Shown here: piece by piece, positions 36,574-46,870 of the stretch | Position numbering within the stretch: the stretch's first letter is position 1 | Layout of the letters: each line of letters opens with the position of its first letter | Origin: Candidatus Omnitrophota bacterium | Lineage (GTDB): Bacteria; Omnitrophota; Gorgyraeia; Zapsychrales; Fredricksoniimonadaceae | Length of the DNA: 64,000 nt | Assembly (NCBI GenBank): GCA_903944345.1 | Contig: CAJARJ010000018.1 | Span: 120,581-184,580 of the forward strand | Direction: 5' to 3' | Program-made: the position numbers and the translations under genes | Notes under the pieces: generated by a model | Database searches by the model: none | Told to the model about the DNA's origin: nothing | What the model saw: the letters and a program-made list of their open reading frames with translations, nothing else

Positions 36574-39489
36574 TCAGAATTGCAGTGGTGTTTTCCAGAC
36601 AGCCTTCAGTTCATGAATATCAGCCTTTAAACACAGATTCTCTTTAATCCCGTAAGCAAACACATCCGGGGCTTCCTGGACACGGCCAAACATTCCCATC
36701 GGCACCCCAGCCATGATACGCTCGAACGCGACGCGATCCGCAGGATCAACTTCTACAATAAGCCTGGAATTTGATTCCGAGAAAGCCACAACATCGTCAC
36801 GCCGCCGCTCCCCTTTGAACGGGACAGCATTCAGAATTGCCGTCGCACCACAACCTCCGGCAAAAGCCATCTCGACCAGAGCAGTCAGAAGCCCGCCCTC
36901 CGAGCAATCGTGCGCAGCCCGGATCAAGCCCTTGGCCGAAGCCTGGCTTAACGCGGTATACGCTTTAAGTGCGGCTTTGGCAGATACGACAGGAATATTA
37001 TTTCCGATCAGATCATATGTCGCCAGATAAGCTGAACCGCCCAGCTCGTCGTAAGTCGTGCCGATAACATAAATCAGGTCACCAGGTTTTTTGAGGTCCA
37101 TAGTCACCGCTTTATTAACATCAGCCATGATACCAATAGCCGAAATGAGAAGCGTCCCGGGAATCGCGATAGAACGTCCCTTGTCGGTATATTCATTATA
37201 AAAACTGTCTTTCCCCGATATGAAGGGTGTGCCGAAAGCCACCGCATAGTCATGACAGCCCAGTGCCGCCCGGACCAGTCCACCCAGGCGATCTGGCTTG
37301 TCGGGATTACCCCAACAGAAATTATCCAGCAGGGCCACCTCGTCCAGGCTGCCGCCAACCGAAATAATCTGACGAATCGACTCGTCAATGCAGGACGCCG
37401 CCATCCAGTAGGGATCAATCTTGCCAAAGCGCGGATTGATGCCATTGGAAAGAACAATCCCCTTTTTACTGTCGAGCTTGACACGCAGAACACTGGCGTC
37501 AGAAGGTCCATCGCAAGCCGGTCCGGCCAAAGGCTTGACCACCGCAGCTCCCTGCACCTCGTGGTCATACCGGCGGATAATGGCTTCTTTGGAACACACA
37601 TTGTAATCGGAAAGAATCTGGCGCAGCTTTTCATTAAAAGTAGCCGGACACGGGAATGCCGACTCCTTGTGCCTGGGCTGGGCCCAAAGCGCTTCTTTGG
37701 TGATACGCGGAGTTCCGTCATGAAGAAAAGCCATGTCCAGACAGCAAACCTGGGTGCCTTGATAAAACAATTCAAGCTTGCCCGTTCCCGGGAACGTACC
37801 AATCACCGCCAGTTCCACATTCTCACTGTCAAAGATCTCCTTAAGCCGCGGGAAATTGCGCGGGGAAACGGCAAACACCATCCGTTCCTGCGACTCCGAA
37901 ATCCATATCTCCGTATAGCTTAGCCCCTGATACTTGAGCGGGACCTTGTCGAGATCGACTCTGGCTCCGAGTTCAGCCCCCATCTCCCCGACAGCACTCG
38001 ACAATCCGCCGGCTCCGCAATCGGTAACCGCCGAATACAGGTTTTCGTCGCGCCCCTGCAAAAGAACATCCAGGACTTTCTTTTCCTCAATAGGATTCCC
38101 GATCTGAACCGCGCCGGAAGAAACCACTTCGGATTCGTGCGTCAGCTCACCGGAAGAAAAAGTTGCACCATGAATGCCGTCACGACCGGTACGGCCTCCG
38201 GCGACAACAATATAATCACCTTTACGAGCCGCTTTTTTTTCACGCCCGGCAGGAATAACCCCCACATCTCCACAAAACACAAGAGGATTCCCCACATACA
38301 AACGATCAAAACAAATAGCCCCGTTAACTGTCGGGATACCCATCTTGTTGCCATAGTCGCGCACTCCGCTGACAACGCCCTTCATTACCCGTTTGGGATG
38401 CAAGGCTCCGGCAGGTAGCTCCCCGGCCGGAAAATCCGGCGGAGCAAAACAGAAAACGTCAGTATTCGCAATTGGTTTAGCACCAAGACCAGTCCCGAGA
38501 ATATCACGAATAACTCCGCCGACTCCCGTATTGGATCCGCCAAACGGCTCCAACGCCGAAGGATGATTGTGCGTCTCAACCTTGAAACAGACATTATGCC
38601 TGGAATCAAATTTGATAACCCCGGCATTGTCGTGAAAAACAGAAACACACCAGGACTTATCGAGCGTCCGGGTGGCTTTCATGATCGTGGACTTGAAAAG
38701 ATTGTCGATCAGACGAGTGCGGGTTTTTCCTTTTTCACGAATCGAATATTTAATACGACCCCGAAAAGTTTTATGATTGCAATGCTCACTCCAGGTCTGG
38801 GCGATTGTTTCCAGTTCGACATCGACCGGCTCCCGGTCAAGTTTGTCGAAATAGGACTGTATCGTTTTCATTTCGTTAACGTTAAGATAAAGCTGTCCCT
38901 TGTGGGCGAGAGTCATTAACGCCTTGTCGCCGAGACCCCGTAGCGGAACATTGACCGCTTGCGGTGCTACCCCGCTAACTGTCTTGAACGTCAAAGGTTT
39001 GAACGCATCAGCGGGCGATTTACGCGCGTGCTGGATAATCTTGTTAAGCAGAATCTTGTCCGCAATAAGATCGGCGTCTTTAGCCGTCAAAGATCCTTCC
39101 AGAACAAACTGACGGGCCGTGCGAACCGCTGCAACTGTCTTGATTCCAAGATCCCGAATGCCTTTGAGCACCGAAAACTCGACCGGATCCATGACGCCGG
39201 AATTATACGCCACCTCGACCACCCGGTATTTTGAAACAGCCGAAGCCGCAAAGTGATCTTTGAACGGTGTATCACTGTAGCGAAAGTCCTGAACCACCGG
39301 ATCGATTAAAAGATCCTGGCAAATCCGCTCGACATCCGCAGCAACGATATCGCCGTCCAGCAGGTAAACCTGCACAACACGGACGGACTTGACACAGCCA
39401 AGCCCAAGGTCCTGAATATCACGGTGCACTCCACTGCCGAAAGAATCAAACTGCCCTTCTTTATCTTTTATCTCGATGCGCCAGATCAC
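36574..39489 (-). CDS. purL: FGAM synthase PurL with N-terminal tandem PurS-like domains
   Basis: QTWSEHC, KVETHNHPS, DCGAGG, SESQERM, DCSEGG; about 170 aa N-terminal extension. Start placed at GTG 39489. Confidence 0.95.
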   Translation of the reverse strand: MIWRIEIKDKEGQFDSFGSGVHRDIQDLGLGCVKSVRVVQVYLLDGDIVAADVERICQDLLIDPVVQDFRYSDTPFKDHFAASAVSKYRVVEVAYNSGVMDPVEFSVLKGIRDLGIKTVAAVRTARQFVLEGSLTAKDADLIADKILLNKIIQHARKSPADAFKPLTFKTVSGVAPQAVNVPLRGLGDKALMTLAHKGQLYLNVNEMKTIQSYFDKLDREPVDVELETIAQTWSEHCNHKTFRGRIKYSIREKGKTRTRLIDNLFKSTIMKATRTLDKSWCVSVFHDNAGVIKFDSRHNVCFKVETHNHPSALEPFGGSNTGVGGVIRDILGTGLGAKPIANTDVFCFAPPDFPAGELPAGALHPKRVMKGVVSGVRDYGNKMGIPTVNGAICFDRLYVGNPLVFCGDVGVIPAGREKKAARKGDYIVVAGGRTGRDGIHGATFSSGELTHESEVVSSGAVQIGNPIEEKKVLDVLLQGRDENLYSAVTDCGAGGLSSAVGEMGAELGARVDLDKVPLKYQGLSYTEIWISESQERMVFAVSPRNFPRLKEIFDSENVELAVIGTFPGTGKLELFYQGTQVCCLDMAFLHDGTPRITKEALWAQPRHKESAFPCPATFNEKLRQILSDYNVCSKEAIIRRYDHEVQGAAVVKPLAGPACDGPSDASVLRVKLDSKKGIVLSNGINPRFGKIDPYWMAASCIDESIRQIISVGGSLDEVALLDNFCWGNPDKPDRLGGLVRAALGCHDYAVAFGTPFISGKDSFYNEYTDKGRSIAIPGTLLISAIGIMADVNKAVTMDLKKPGDLIYVIGTTYDELGGSAYLATYDLIGNNIPVVSAKAALKAYTALSQASAKGLIRAAHDCSEGGLLTALVEMAFAGGCGATAILNAVPFKGERRRDDVVAFSESNSRLIVEVDPADRVAFERIMAGVPMGMFGRVQEAPDVFAYGIKENLCLKADIHELKAVWKTPLQF

Positions 39490-39542
39490 TGCGTCCCTTC
39501 CTCTTCGGCCCCTTGTATTGCACACCTGCTGCACTTTTCGGG

Positions 39543-40250
39543 TTATTGACCGGTTACTCTTTTAAGAACTTCCTGATACCCTTCCTTGATGTTTCCCAGA
39601 TCATTGCGAAAACGATCCTTGTCAAGGCGAACCCCTGTGCCCTGCTCCCAAAGGCGGCAGGTGTCGGGTGATATCTCGTCGGCAAGAATGATTCCATCCT
39701 TGCAGCGGCCGAACTCAAGCTTGAAATCAATCAGCTCAATCTTGAGCGCCAGAAAAAACTTCTTCATCAGGTCGTTGACCTGCATGGTCATGCGCCTGAT
39801 CGTTTTGACTTCATCTTCCGTGGCCAAGGCAAGCGCGACAACATGATCATCATTCATCAAAGGGTCGTTGTAGGCGTCATTTTTGTAGCAGAATTCGAAG
39901 ATCGGCCGCGTCAGCACCTGCCCTTCGACAGCTCCGTAGTTACGGCACAAAGAACCCGCCACCCGATTGCGCACAATAACTTCCACTGGAACAATCTGAA
40001 CCTTTCTGACCAGCATTTCCCGATCCGACAAAAGACGGACAAAGTGATTGGGTACGCCATTGGCACCCAAAAACTCGAAGATTTTGGCGGAAATGCTGTT
40101 ATTCATCACGCCCTTCTGATCCACCGACCCCTTCTTCTTGGCATTGAAAGCCGTAGCGTCATCTTTGAAATACTGGATGACCAATTCCGGATTGTCGGTG
40201 GCATAAAGAATTTTTGCCTTGCCTTCGTACAACTTTTCTTTCTTTTCCAT
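39543..40250 (-). CDS. purC: SAICAR synthetase
   Basis: LYEGKAK, DFKLEFG, LADEISPDTCRLW, DKDRFR. Confidence 0.98.
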   Translation of the reverse strand: MEKKEKLYEGKAKILYATDNPELVIQYFKDDATAFNAKKKGSVDQKGVMNNSISAKIFEFLGANGVPNHFVRLLSDREMLVRKVQIVPVEVIVRNRVAGSLCRNYGAVEGQVLTRPIFEFCYKNDAYNDPLMNDDHVVALALATEDEVKTIRRMTMQVNDLMKKFFLALKIELIDFKLEFGRCKDGIILADEISPDTCRLWEQGTGVRLDKDRFRNDLGNIKEGYQEVLKRVTGQ

Positions 40251-40298
40251 AAAATCCTCATATTTCGCGGACCAAACACAAAGCCCGCTCTATTGGTC

Positions 40299-41594
40299 TT
40301 ACTTGATCCCGACTCTCTTGAGAATATAATCGCGATGCTTGATGTAATACTTGATATCGAAACAAGCCTCAATCTCGTTCTTGGACATATACTTGCGAAC
40401 CCGACGATCACGGGAAAGCACATCGCGAAAATCTGTTGTTTCCTGCCAGACCTGCATGGCACAGCTCTGGATAATCTCGTAAGCTGTCGCACGCGGCAAC
40501 CCCTTCTTCATTAATTCAAGAAGACAGCGCTGGGAATAAATAAGACCGCGGGTTCTTTGCAGAGACTCAATCATGTTTTTGGGATAAACCAGCAAGCCAT
40601 CAATGATCGGAATAAACTTGTTGAGCATATAATCAAGCGCAATGGTGCTATCGGGAATAATAACTCTTTCCGCCGCGCTATGACTGATATCGCGCTCATG
40701 CCACAGAGCAATATTGTCCATACCGATCTGGGCATTGGCCTTGAGAATACGCGACAAACCGCAAATACGCTCACAAGTTACGGGATTACGCTTGTGCGGC
40801 ATGGCGGAAGATCCGATCTGCCCCTTGAAAAACGGCTCTTCAACCTCGAGAACCTCGGTTTTCTGCAACAAACGGACTTCAGTGGCAAATTTATTGAGTG
40901 AAGCTCCCACCAAAGCCAGCGTATTAAGATAATTGGCATGATGGTCGCGCTGGATAACCTGTGTGGCGATATTGGCTGGTTTAAGATTGAGCTTCTGACA
41001 AACATACTCTTCGACCGCCGGATCAATGTTGGCATAAGTTCCAACCGCACCGGAAAGCTTGCCAATGCGCAAATCCTCGGCTGCGGCTTCAAGGCGCGCC
41101 AGATTGCGCAGAGTCTCGTCGTACCAGAGAGCCATCTTTAACCCGAACGTCATCGGCTCGGCATGCACACCATGAGTACGCGCGATGCAAACTGTATCCT
41201 TGTATTTCTTGGCTTTGTCCCGGAGCACGGTGATCAATTTTTTCATGTCCGCAATCAAAAGCTCGGAAGCCTGCCAACACTGCACGGAAAGGGCGGTATC
41301 CAGAAGATCAGAGGAAGTCATGCCCATATGCAAATATTGAGCTTCAGGTCCGAGATTTTCACCGACATTCTGAATAAAGGCTACGATATCATGCTTGGTT
41401 CGCTCTTCAATGCGTTTAACTTCGTCGAGATCAAACTTGGCGTTCTTCTTGATCTTTTCCAGAGCCGGCTTGGGAATCTTTCCCATATTACACATCGCTT
41501 CACACGCTAAGACCTCAATCTGCAACATAATCTCGAGTTTGTGCTGCTCTGACCAAATGCGTCCCATCTTGGAAAGCGTGTACCTGTCGATCAT
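40299..41594 (-). CDS. purB: Adenylosuccinate lyase
   Basis: MIDRY, RTHGVHAEP, GSSAMPHKRNP, HERDISHS. Confidence 0.98.
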   Translation of the reverse strand: MIDRYTLSKMGRIWSEQHKLEIMLQIEVLACEAMCNMGKIPKPALEKIKKNAKFDLDEVKRIEERTKHDIVAFIQNVGENLGPEAQYLHMGMTSSDLLDTALSVQCWQASELLIADMKKLITVLRDKAKKYKDTVCIARTHGVHAEPMTFGLKMALWYDETLRNLARLEAAAEDLRIGKLSGAVGTYANIDPAVEEYVCQKLNLKPANIATQVIQRDHHANYLNTLALVGASLNKFATEVRLLQKTEVLEVEEPFFKGQIGSSAMPHKRNPVTCERICGLSRILKANAQIGMDNIALWHERDISHSAAERVIIPDSTIALDYMLNKFIPIIDGLLVYPKNMIESLQRTRGLIYSQRCLLELMKKGLPRATAYEIIQSCAMQVWQETTDFRDVLSRDRRVRKYMSKNEIEACFDIKYYIKHRDYILKRVGIK

Positions 41595-41799
41595 ACTGAA
41601 TTCTCCTTATGAGTTTAAACCCTCTGCGACACCGATGATACCGCACCCACACCCGGCCTCAAGAAACCGGAAAAAGACAAAATGCACAAAATAGGTGCCT
41701 AAATATATCAAATAAGTATTTCAAAATCAAACAAATTCATGGCGCGCAGCTATAAATGCTTGCGAAACAACTGTTTGGAGAAAATTGCGGCGAGGTTGA

Positions 41800-42417
41800 T
41801 TATTCCTGAACAGGATCTGTAGCGCCCCGCAAATTCTGGGGCATATTTTCTTCGAAATATTTGGAACTGACCGCCACGCTTTCCTGCATGATGCCGGGAA
41901 TGCTGCTGACCAGTTTTCGACCGCTTGGTGAAGAGTAAAATTCGATATACGCCTGCAAATCTTCAACCGAGAAATACTTTTCATAAAGCGGAACCAGAAG
42001 CTCAATAATTTCGCCAACCGAAAAGGCCTTGCGAAAAGATTCTGCCTGATCCGGCGGCAAAGAAGCAATCATCTGCTCCAGATTCTGGGTCATGGCGGCC
42101 TTGGTGCCAAAAAGCTCGACAAATTTAAGCACCAGAGCAGATTTGTCGTCGGATAAAGCAGGAACCGCCCTTTTTGTCACAGCAGGAATAGCCGGAGAAA
42201 CAGGTTCCGCAGCCACCACCTCATCACCCTGAAAACTGGCGATCTCGTCGTTGTAATACGTCAGGACAACACCGCCGACATCCATTCTGATCCGGTCTTC
42301 CGTGCGCTCGATAACCCTTCCATTGACAACCGAACCGTTATTAAGCTGAAGTACAGCGGCATGGAGCGGCAGTGTGCAAACAACAAGAGCAATGGCGGCC
42401 AGGTATAAATTTTTCAT
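41800..42417 (-). CDS. Secreted DUF2059-domain protein
   Basis: Signal peptide, LNNGSVVNGRVIE module, LYEKYFSVEDLQAYIEFYSSPSGRKL. Confidence 0.8.
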   Translation of the reverse strand: MKNLYLAAIALVVCTLPLHAAVLQLNNGSVVNGRVIERTEDRIRMDVGGVVLTYYNDEIASFQGDEVVAAEPVSPAIPAVTKRAVPALSDDKSALVLKFVELFGTKAAMTQNLEQMIASLPPDQAESFRKAFSVGEIIELLVPLYEKYFSVEDLQAYIEFYSSPSGRKLVSSIPGIMQESVAVSSKYFEENMPQNLRGATDPVQE

Positions 42418-42554
42418 GAACATCTCCGGAAATTTGTCTTTGCACCACCGGAAAGTCTGCCCGGCGAGAGCAAAAGGGCCTAAAGCATATAAGAAAAGGT
42501 AACATGATAAAGGCGCAATTGTCAAACAAAGACTTGTATGTTAGGATAACCCCT

Positions 42555-43637
42555 ATGCTTGATAAACTTCGTCAGGAAATTAATATAAGTATCGGCGAAT
42601 TTCTTTCCCTGATCCGTAAAGAATACCGCCTGGATCTGGTCAACCCCATCCTCTACGAGAGCATTCGCGAATTTTCTCTTCGTCCGGGGAAACGGATACG
42701 ACCGCTGCTGCTTCTGCTGAGCTATCTGGGCTACTCAAAAGCGGGCAAAAAAATTTCCCGCTCGGTTTATAATGCCTCAACCTGCATCGAATTCCTGCAC
42801 AATTTCATGCTGATTCATGACGACATTATAGACCATTCCGAACTGCGGCGCGGCCAGCCCACCATGCACCGAGTCCTGCGTAATACCATCAACTGCCCCG
42901 ACCCCGATCTATTGGGCATTAATCTCGGCATCATAGCCGGAGACATTGTTTATGCTTTGGCGATCGATGCCTTCTTGTCAATTAAAGAAGACCCCGCTCG
43001 CAAGGAACGCGCCCTGAAATATTTCATCCAGACAGCGGCTTTTACTGCCATGGGCGAATTTGTAGACACTGTCCACGGTGTTGACTGCATTGGCAACGTT
43101 CAGGAAAAGGATGTTTACCTGAACTATTCACTCAAAACCGCCCGCTATACTTTTGATTGTCCGCTGGTCACTGGCGCTATCCTGGCCGGAGCTGCAAAAA
43201 AGGAAACCGACCGCCTAGCCAAGTTTGGACTGCTGATCGGACAGGCTTTTCAGATTCAAGATGATGTGATTGGAATTTTCGAGTCCGAAGAAACCATCGG
43301 AAAATCTATCCTCAGCGATCTGGAAGAACAAAAGAAGACTCTGCTGGTTGCTCACGCCTACAGGACATTATCACCACAGAAACGCAAAGCCTTTTTACAG
43401 ATTTTCTCCAAAACCCCAAAAACAATCGCCGATCTTGAAGAAGTCCGTGCGATATTCCTTTCTTCAGGAAGCCTGGCTTACTGCCTTGAAGCCCTCGGCT
43501 CACGCACCCTGCAGGCCAAAAAAATCCTTGATTCCTTGACCATGCTGCCCCGTTATCGCCAGCTGGTCAGCGATTCCTTATTCCAGTTATTCCGGCAATC
43601 CGAAGACGTGGCCCGACGCTACGGAATAAAAACCTGA
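42555..43637 (+). CDS. Polyprenyl diphosphate synthase
   Basis: GKRIRP, LIHDDIID..RRG, KTARY, FQIQDD. Confidence 0.93.
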   Translation: MLDKLRQEINISIGEFLSLIRKEYRLDLVNPILYESIREFSLRPGKRIRPLLLLLSYLGYSKAGKKISRSVYNASTCIEFLHNFMLIHDDIIDHSELRRGQPTMHRVLRNTINCPDPDLLGINLGIIAGDIVYALAIDAFLSIKEDPARKERALKYFIQTAAFTAMGEFVDTVHGVDCIGNVQEKDVYLNYSLKTARYTFDCPLVTGAILAGAAKKETDRLAKFGLLIGQAFQIQDDVIGIFESEETIGKSILSDLEEQKKTLLVAHAYRTLSPQKRKAFLQIFSKTPKTIADLEEVRAIFLSSGSLAYCLEALGSRTLQAKKILDSLTMLPRYRQLVSDSLFQLFRQSEDVARRYGIKT

Positions 43638-43674
43638 GCAAATTCGGCAGGAAGTCGTTGTCCTTTTACGCCGG

Positions 43675-44073
43675 TTACTTAATAACCCACTCGCCGGACT
43701 GGCTCTGAATACGGTCACCCGCAGATGCTTTCTGACGCTGCACCTCGGCGAACACTCCCTCGACAGTTGCCAAAGCCCCTTTACCGAGATTATTCTGCAC
43801 GACAATAGCCTCGTAGATAGCCTTGCGGTCGCGGTTTTCATCGTCTGCCAGGGCTCGGGCATCAGCCGCTGCCCCCAGAACCTCGACGTAACCACGATTA
43901 TTCTCTCCAAGAACTCCCTGGGCCTTGAGGCTCTTGAGCTGCGCAAAGCGTTGTTTACGGCCATCGAGGGCCGACTGCACCTGGGGCGTCATCTGTTTAA
44001 TGTCATAAGCTCCTGCGGCCAAAACCGTGCCAGCCATAATCACCAAAAAAAACAAAGCTGCTATATATCTCAT
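43675..44073 (-). CDS. YdbL (DUF1318) family protein
   Basis: LKAQGVLGENNRGY, ENRDRKAIY, GDRIQSQSGEW. Confidence 0.88.
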   Translation of the reverse strand: MRYIAALFFLVIMAGTVLAAGAYDIKQMTPQVQSALDGRKQRFAQLKSLKAQGVLGENNRGYVEVLGAAADARALADDENRDRKAIYEAIVVQNNLGKGALATVEGVFAEVQRQKASAGDRIQSQSGEWVIK

Positions 44074-44094
44074 AAACCCTCCATTATTCAATCT

Positions 44095-44286
44095 TTATTG
44101 TCCGCTCACCATGTCTTCTATGCTGGATGCGGTCTGCTGAAGCCCTTTGATGTCAATTGTAATATGTGCATTAATCGTGATCGGACGGTTAGGGTCGCCA
44201 ACGGCCTTCACCGTACAGCCACAAATCCCGCTCCCAAAAAACATACAGCATAAAATACTGCCAAAGATTTTCCGTCGCTGATCCAT
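44095..44286 (-). CDS. YnbE-like lipoprotein
   Basis: Lipobox ICGC, PITINAHITIDI; lies between ydbH-like and ydbL-like genes. Confidence 0.75.
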   Translation of the reverse strand: MDQRRKIFGSILCCMFFGSGICGCTVKAVGDPNRPITINAHITIDIKGLQQTASSIEDMVSGQ

Positions 44287-44317
44287 ACAACCTCCGGAAC
44301 CACGGTTTCTGATATTC

Positions 44318-45364
44318 CTATTTCTGTAACTGCTCCGACAAGGACTGCCAGTAAGTAAGCAGATTTTGCCACGCCCCATCGGTACGAATATCATAACCCA
44401 GATTCAGCGCAGTATTGACGGCCTTGCTCGTCAAATGCAATTCTCCGGCCAGAAGCCCGTAACCGACATTAGCTATTCTAACGGAAAAAAGCTCAACTGC
44501 AAGCTTTCCCCCGGCCTTGACCAGCCGCTCAACCAGTTTCTTCTCGCGGGATTGGGGCAGATAAGACAAAAGACTGCCCAGCAAAGCCGCATTCACCGCC
44601 CCTCCCGAAGACAAATGCAACCCGGCCTGAAGAGCGTCCATGCGCTCGGCAGTGCCCTCGACCTTTAGCTGCCCTGATACCATCCCGTCAATCTGCTGCG
44701 GAACACTGGCATCAATATCCCCCATGAGCAGTGTGCTCAGCTGGTCCAACGCAAGGTCCAGCGTGTACCCGGCCGAAGCAAACTGAACTCCTAACGCCCC
44801 TGCAATATGACCGCCATAAGCTTCTGCCTTCATTTCCTCAAGGCGCAAAAAAGAGGCATCTCCGGAAAGTTTCCCTCGGGCGCTGGTCAGGCGAAGCTTG
44901 TCCCAGGTCAAAGACTGTAGCTGCCACTGGCCGTCAAAAACAGGCTGACCCGCAGGCCAGCTCAGGCGCAAAGCAACAGTTCCACCCGCCAGATGTCCGG
45001 GTTCCCAGCGCAGATCTGCCCCCTCAAGCACAAATTTCCAGACCCGCCCGGGACCAAAAACACTCCGCCAGCCGCGCCACTCCAACTGCTCCAGACGGAA
45101 TTCCAACGGTTTTCCCCGCAGGATCCCGGACAAAGAAAGGTTTTTCCAGACACACACACCTTCCAGGCGGCAGCGCTGCTCTCCGACGGTAAAACGCTCG
45201 AGAGAGAACTCCCTGAGCACCCGCCCGCAAACAGGCCCCGCCAACTGCCGCACCAGCCATGTCGAATTAGATAACCAGACAACAGCCGCACCGAGTGCCA
45301 GAACAAACAAAGCCAGCACCAGAACTACAGCCAGTCGTCTAGACCAGCCTGGCAGAAATTTCAT
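44318..45364 (-). CDS. Short YdbH/AsmA-like intermembrane protein
   Basis: N-terminal TM helix, beta-rich body, AEAYGGHIAG; ydbH-ynbE-ydbL synteny. Confidence 0.65.
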   Translation of the reverse strand: MKFLPGWSRRLAVVLVLALFVLALGAAVVWLSNSTWLVRQLAGPVCGRVLREFSLERFTVGEQRCRLEGVCVWKNLSLSGILRGKPLEFRLEQLEWRGWRSVFGPGRVWKFVLEGADLRWEPGHLAGGTVALRLSWPAGQPVFDGQWQLQSLTWDKLRLTSARGKLSGDASFLRLEEMKAEAYGGHIAGALGVQFASAGYTLDLALDQLSTLLMGDIDASVPQQIDGMVSGQLKVEGTAERMDALQAGLHLSSGGAVNAALLGSLLSYLPQSREKKLVERLVKAGGKLAVELFSVRIANVGYGLLAGELHLTSKAVNTALNLGYDIRTDGAWQNLLTYWQSLSEQLQK

Positions 45365-46442
45365 CCAGCACCATCCTTCCCCGGGAAGTCGCCTTGATCC
45401 GCCCGTCTTCGTCGGTCAAAAGGCCATCCCGGACAAAAGAACCAAGAATTGCCCGACGGTCATCAGAAATCCGGACTCCAAAACGCTGTTCCAGCAAAAG
45501 AATATCCACACCTTCATTAAGCCTGAGTCCGAACAAAAAAGCTTCCATCAGCTTCCCCTGCGAAGAAAGCTGCTCGCTGCCAGTCTCTGCGCTGCCTGAA
45601 GCGGCCATCATGGAAAGATAACCCGGCAGCGTATCCGCATTCCAGAACCTGCGCCCGTCGATATGCGAATGCGCCGACATACCCAAACCCCAATATTCGC
45701 CCGCCCGCCAGGTATTAAGATTATAACGGGATTCGAAACCCGGAAACGAAAAATTACTGACTTCATACTGCCTCGCGCCCGCAGACTCAATCCGGGCGCG
45801 CACCAGTTCATAAGCCTCTGCCTGATCATCCGGGTCAACTTTCAGAGCACGGGCATAAAAAAGACTGCGCGGCTCGATCTCCAGCATGTACAAAGAAACA
45901 TGCTCACTGCCCAGGGCAAGAATCCGGTCGACATCGCGGGCAAGCTCGTCGACAGACTGTCCGGGAAAACCAAAAATAAGATCCACGTTAATGTTTTTGA
46001 AACCCGCCTGCCGCAGAATCCCGAATGCCTCGGCGGCACCAGCAGCCGTATGCCCGCGGCCCAGCCAGCGTAAACGTGAATCATCAAACGACTGAACGCC
46101 CAGACTGACCCGATTGGCCCCGGCAGCCCGCCAGGCCAGGGCCCGGGCAATATCGACACTCTCGGGATTGGCTTCAAAAGTAAACTCCGCCTGTTTATCG
46201 ACGGAGAAATTATCCGCAATCAGACGACCAAGACGCTCCACCCCTTGCCGGGAAAGAAGCGAGGGCGTTCCGCCTCCGACATACACCGGCCCGCACTCCT
46301 GCAGGGTCCGGTGCCCTGCTTCACGTTCCAGTGCGGCAAGATATTCTTCTTCTTTTCGAATAAACCCGGCCGAAACGGGAAAGGAACAGTACAGACATTT
46401 GCCCGCACAAAAAGGAATATGCACATACAAACTGCGCGCCAT
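45339..46442 (-). CDS. hemW: Radical SAM heme chaperone
   Basis: LYVHIPFCAGKCLYC, GGGTPS, YEVSNF. Confidence 0.9.
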   Translation of the reverse strand: MARSLYVHIPFCAGKCLYCSFPVSAGFIRKEEEYLAALEREAGHRTLQECGPVYVGGGTPSLLSRQGVERLGRLIADNFSVDKQAEFTFEANPESVDIARALAWRAAGANRVSLGVQSFDDSRLRWLGRGHTAAGAAEAFGILRQAGFKNINVDLIFGFPGQSVDELARDVDRILALGSEHVSLYMLEIEPRSLFYARALKVDPDDQAEAYELVRARIESAGARQYEVSNFSFPGFESRYNLNTWRAGEYWGLGMSAHSHIDGRRFWNADTLPGYLSMMAASGSAETGSEQLSSQGKLMEAFLFGLRLNEGVDILLLEQRFGVRISDDRRAILGSFVRDGLLTDEDGRIKATSRGRMVLDEISARLV

Positions 46443-46570
46443 AAAATTATTTCTTATTTTTCGGAATATTGCTTACGGAAATAAAAACCACATCAGAACG
46501 AATTACAAATCACCGTCGAGAAATGAAACATTTTTTTTCACATCACATAATAAAAAATGTCAAAATTTTT

Positions 46571-46598
46571 TTGAATCTTTATCATCGGATGTTATTAT
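46571..46598 (+). promoter_or_regulatory. Putative sigma70 promoter for the micro-ORFs
   Basis: TTGAAT, 16 nt spacer, TATTAT with extended TGn, in an AT-rich region. Confidence 0.5.
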
Positions 46599-46640
46599 AA
46601 ATCAAGAGCATACAAATACCCAGAGGAAAGGAGAAATCAT

Positions 46641-46718
46641 ATGCCCTGTTGCTGCAAAAAAACATCAAGCAAAGAAACAAAGAAGGCCCCTGCAAAGAAA
46701 GCGGCCAAAAAGAAATAG
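46641..46718 (+). CDS. 25-aa Lys-rich micro-protein MPCCCKKTSSKETKKAPAKKAAKKK
   Basis: Manual translation; RBS AGGAAAGGAGAAA; below the ORF-track size cut-off. Confidence 0.72.
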   Translation: MPCCCKKTSSKETKKAPAKKAAKKK

Positions 46719-46777
46719 ATTTCAGGTTTAGAATTCAAACACATCAACCCGTTCCAACCTCAGGAAAGGAGAAAACC

Positions 46778-46852
46778 ATGGCCGTTAAGAAAGCCGCTGC
46801 AGCCAAAAAGCCTGCAAAGAAGCCTGTCAAGAAGACCGCAAAAAAGAAGTAA
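46778..46852 (+). CDS. 24-aa histone-H1-tail-like micro-protein MAVKKAAAAKKPAKKPVKKTAKKK
   Basis: Same RBS AGGAAAGGAGAAA; PAKK/PVKK repeats; terminator follows. Confidence 0.8.
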   Translation: MAVKKAAAAKKPAKKPVKKTAKKK

Positions 46853-46870
46853 CAACTTCTTTTCTCTTTT

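Noticed and set aside
41595-41800. Purine or ZTP riboswitch upstream of purB
   Set aside because: No recognisable aptamer consensus or attenuator.
46649-46852. 67-aa ORF-track call
   Set aside because: TTG-started in-frame extension of the 24-aa peptide; the strong RBS points to ATG 46778, and the upstream part encodes a separate peptide in another frame.
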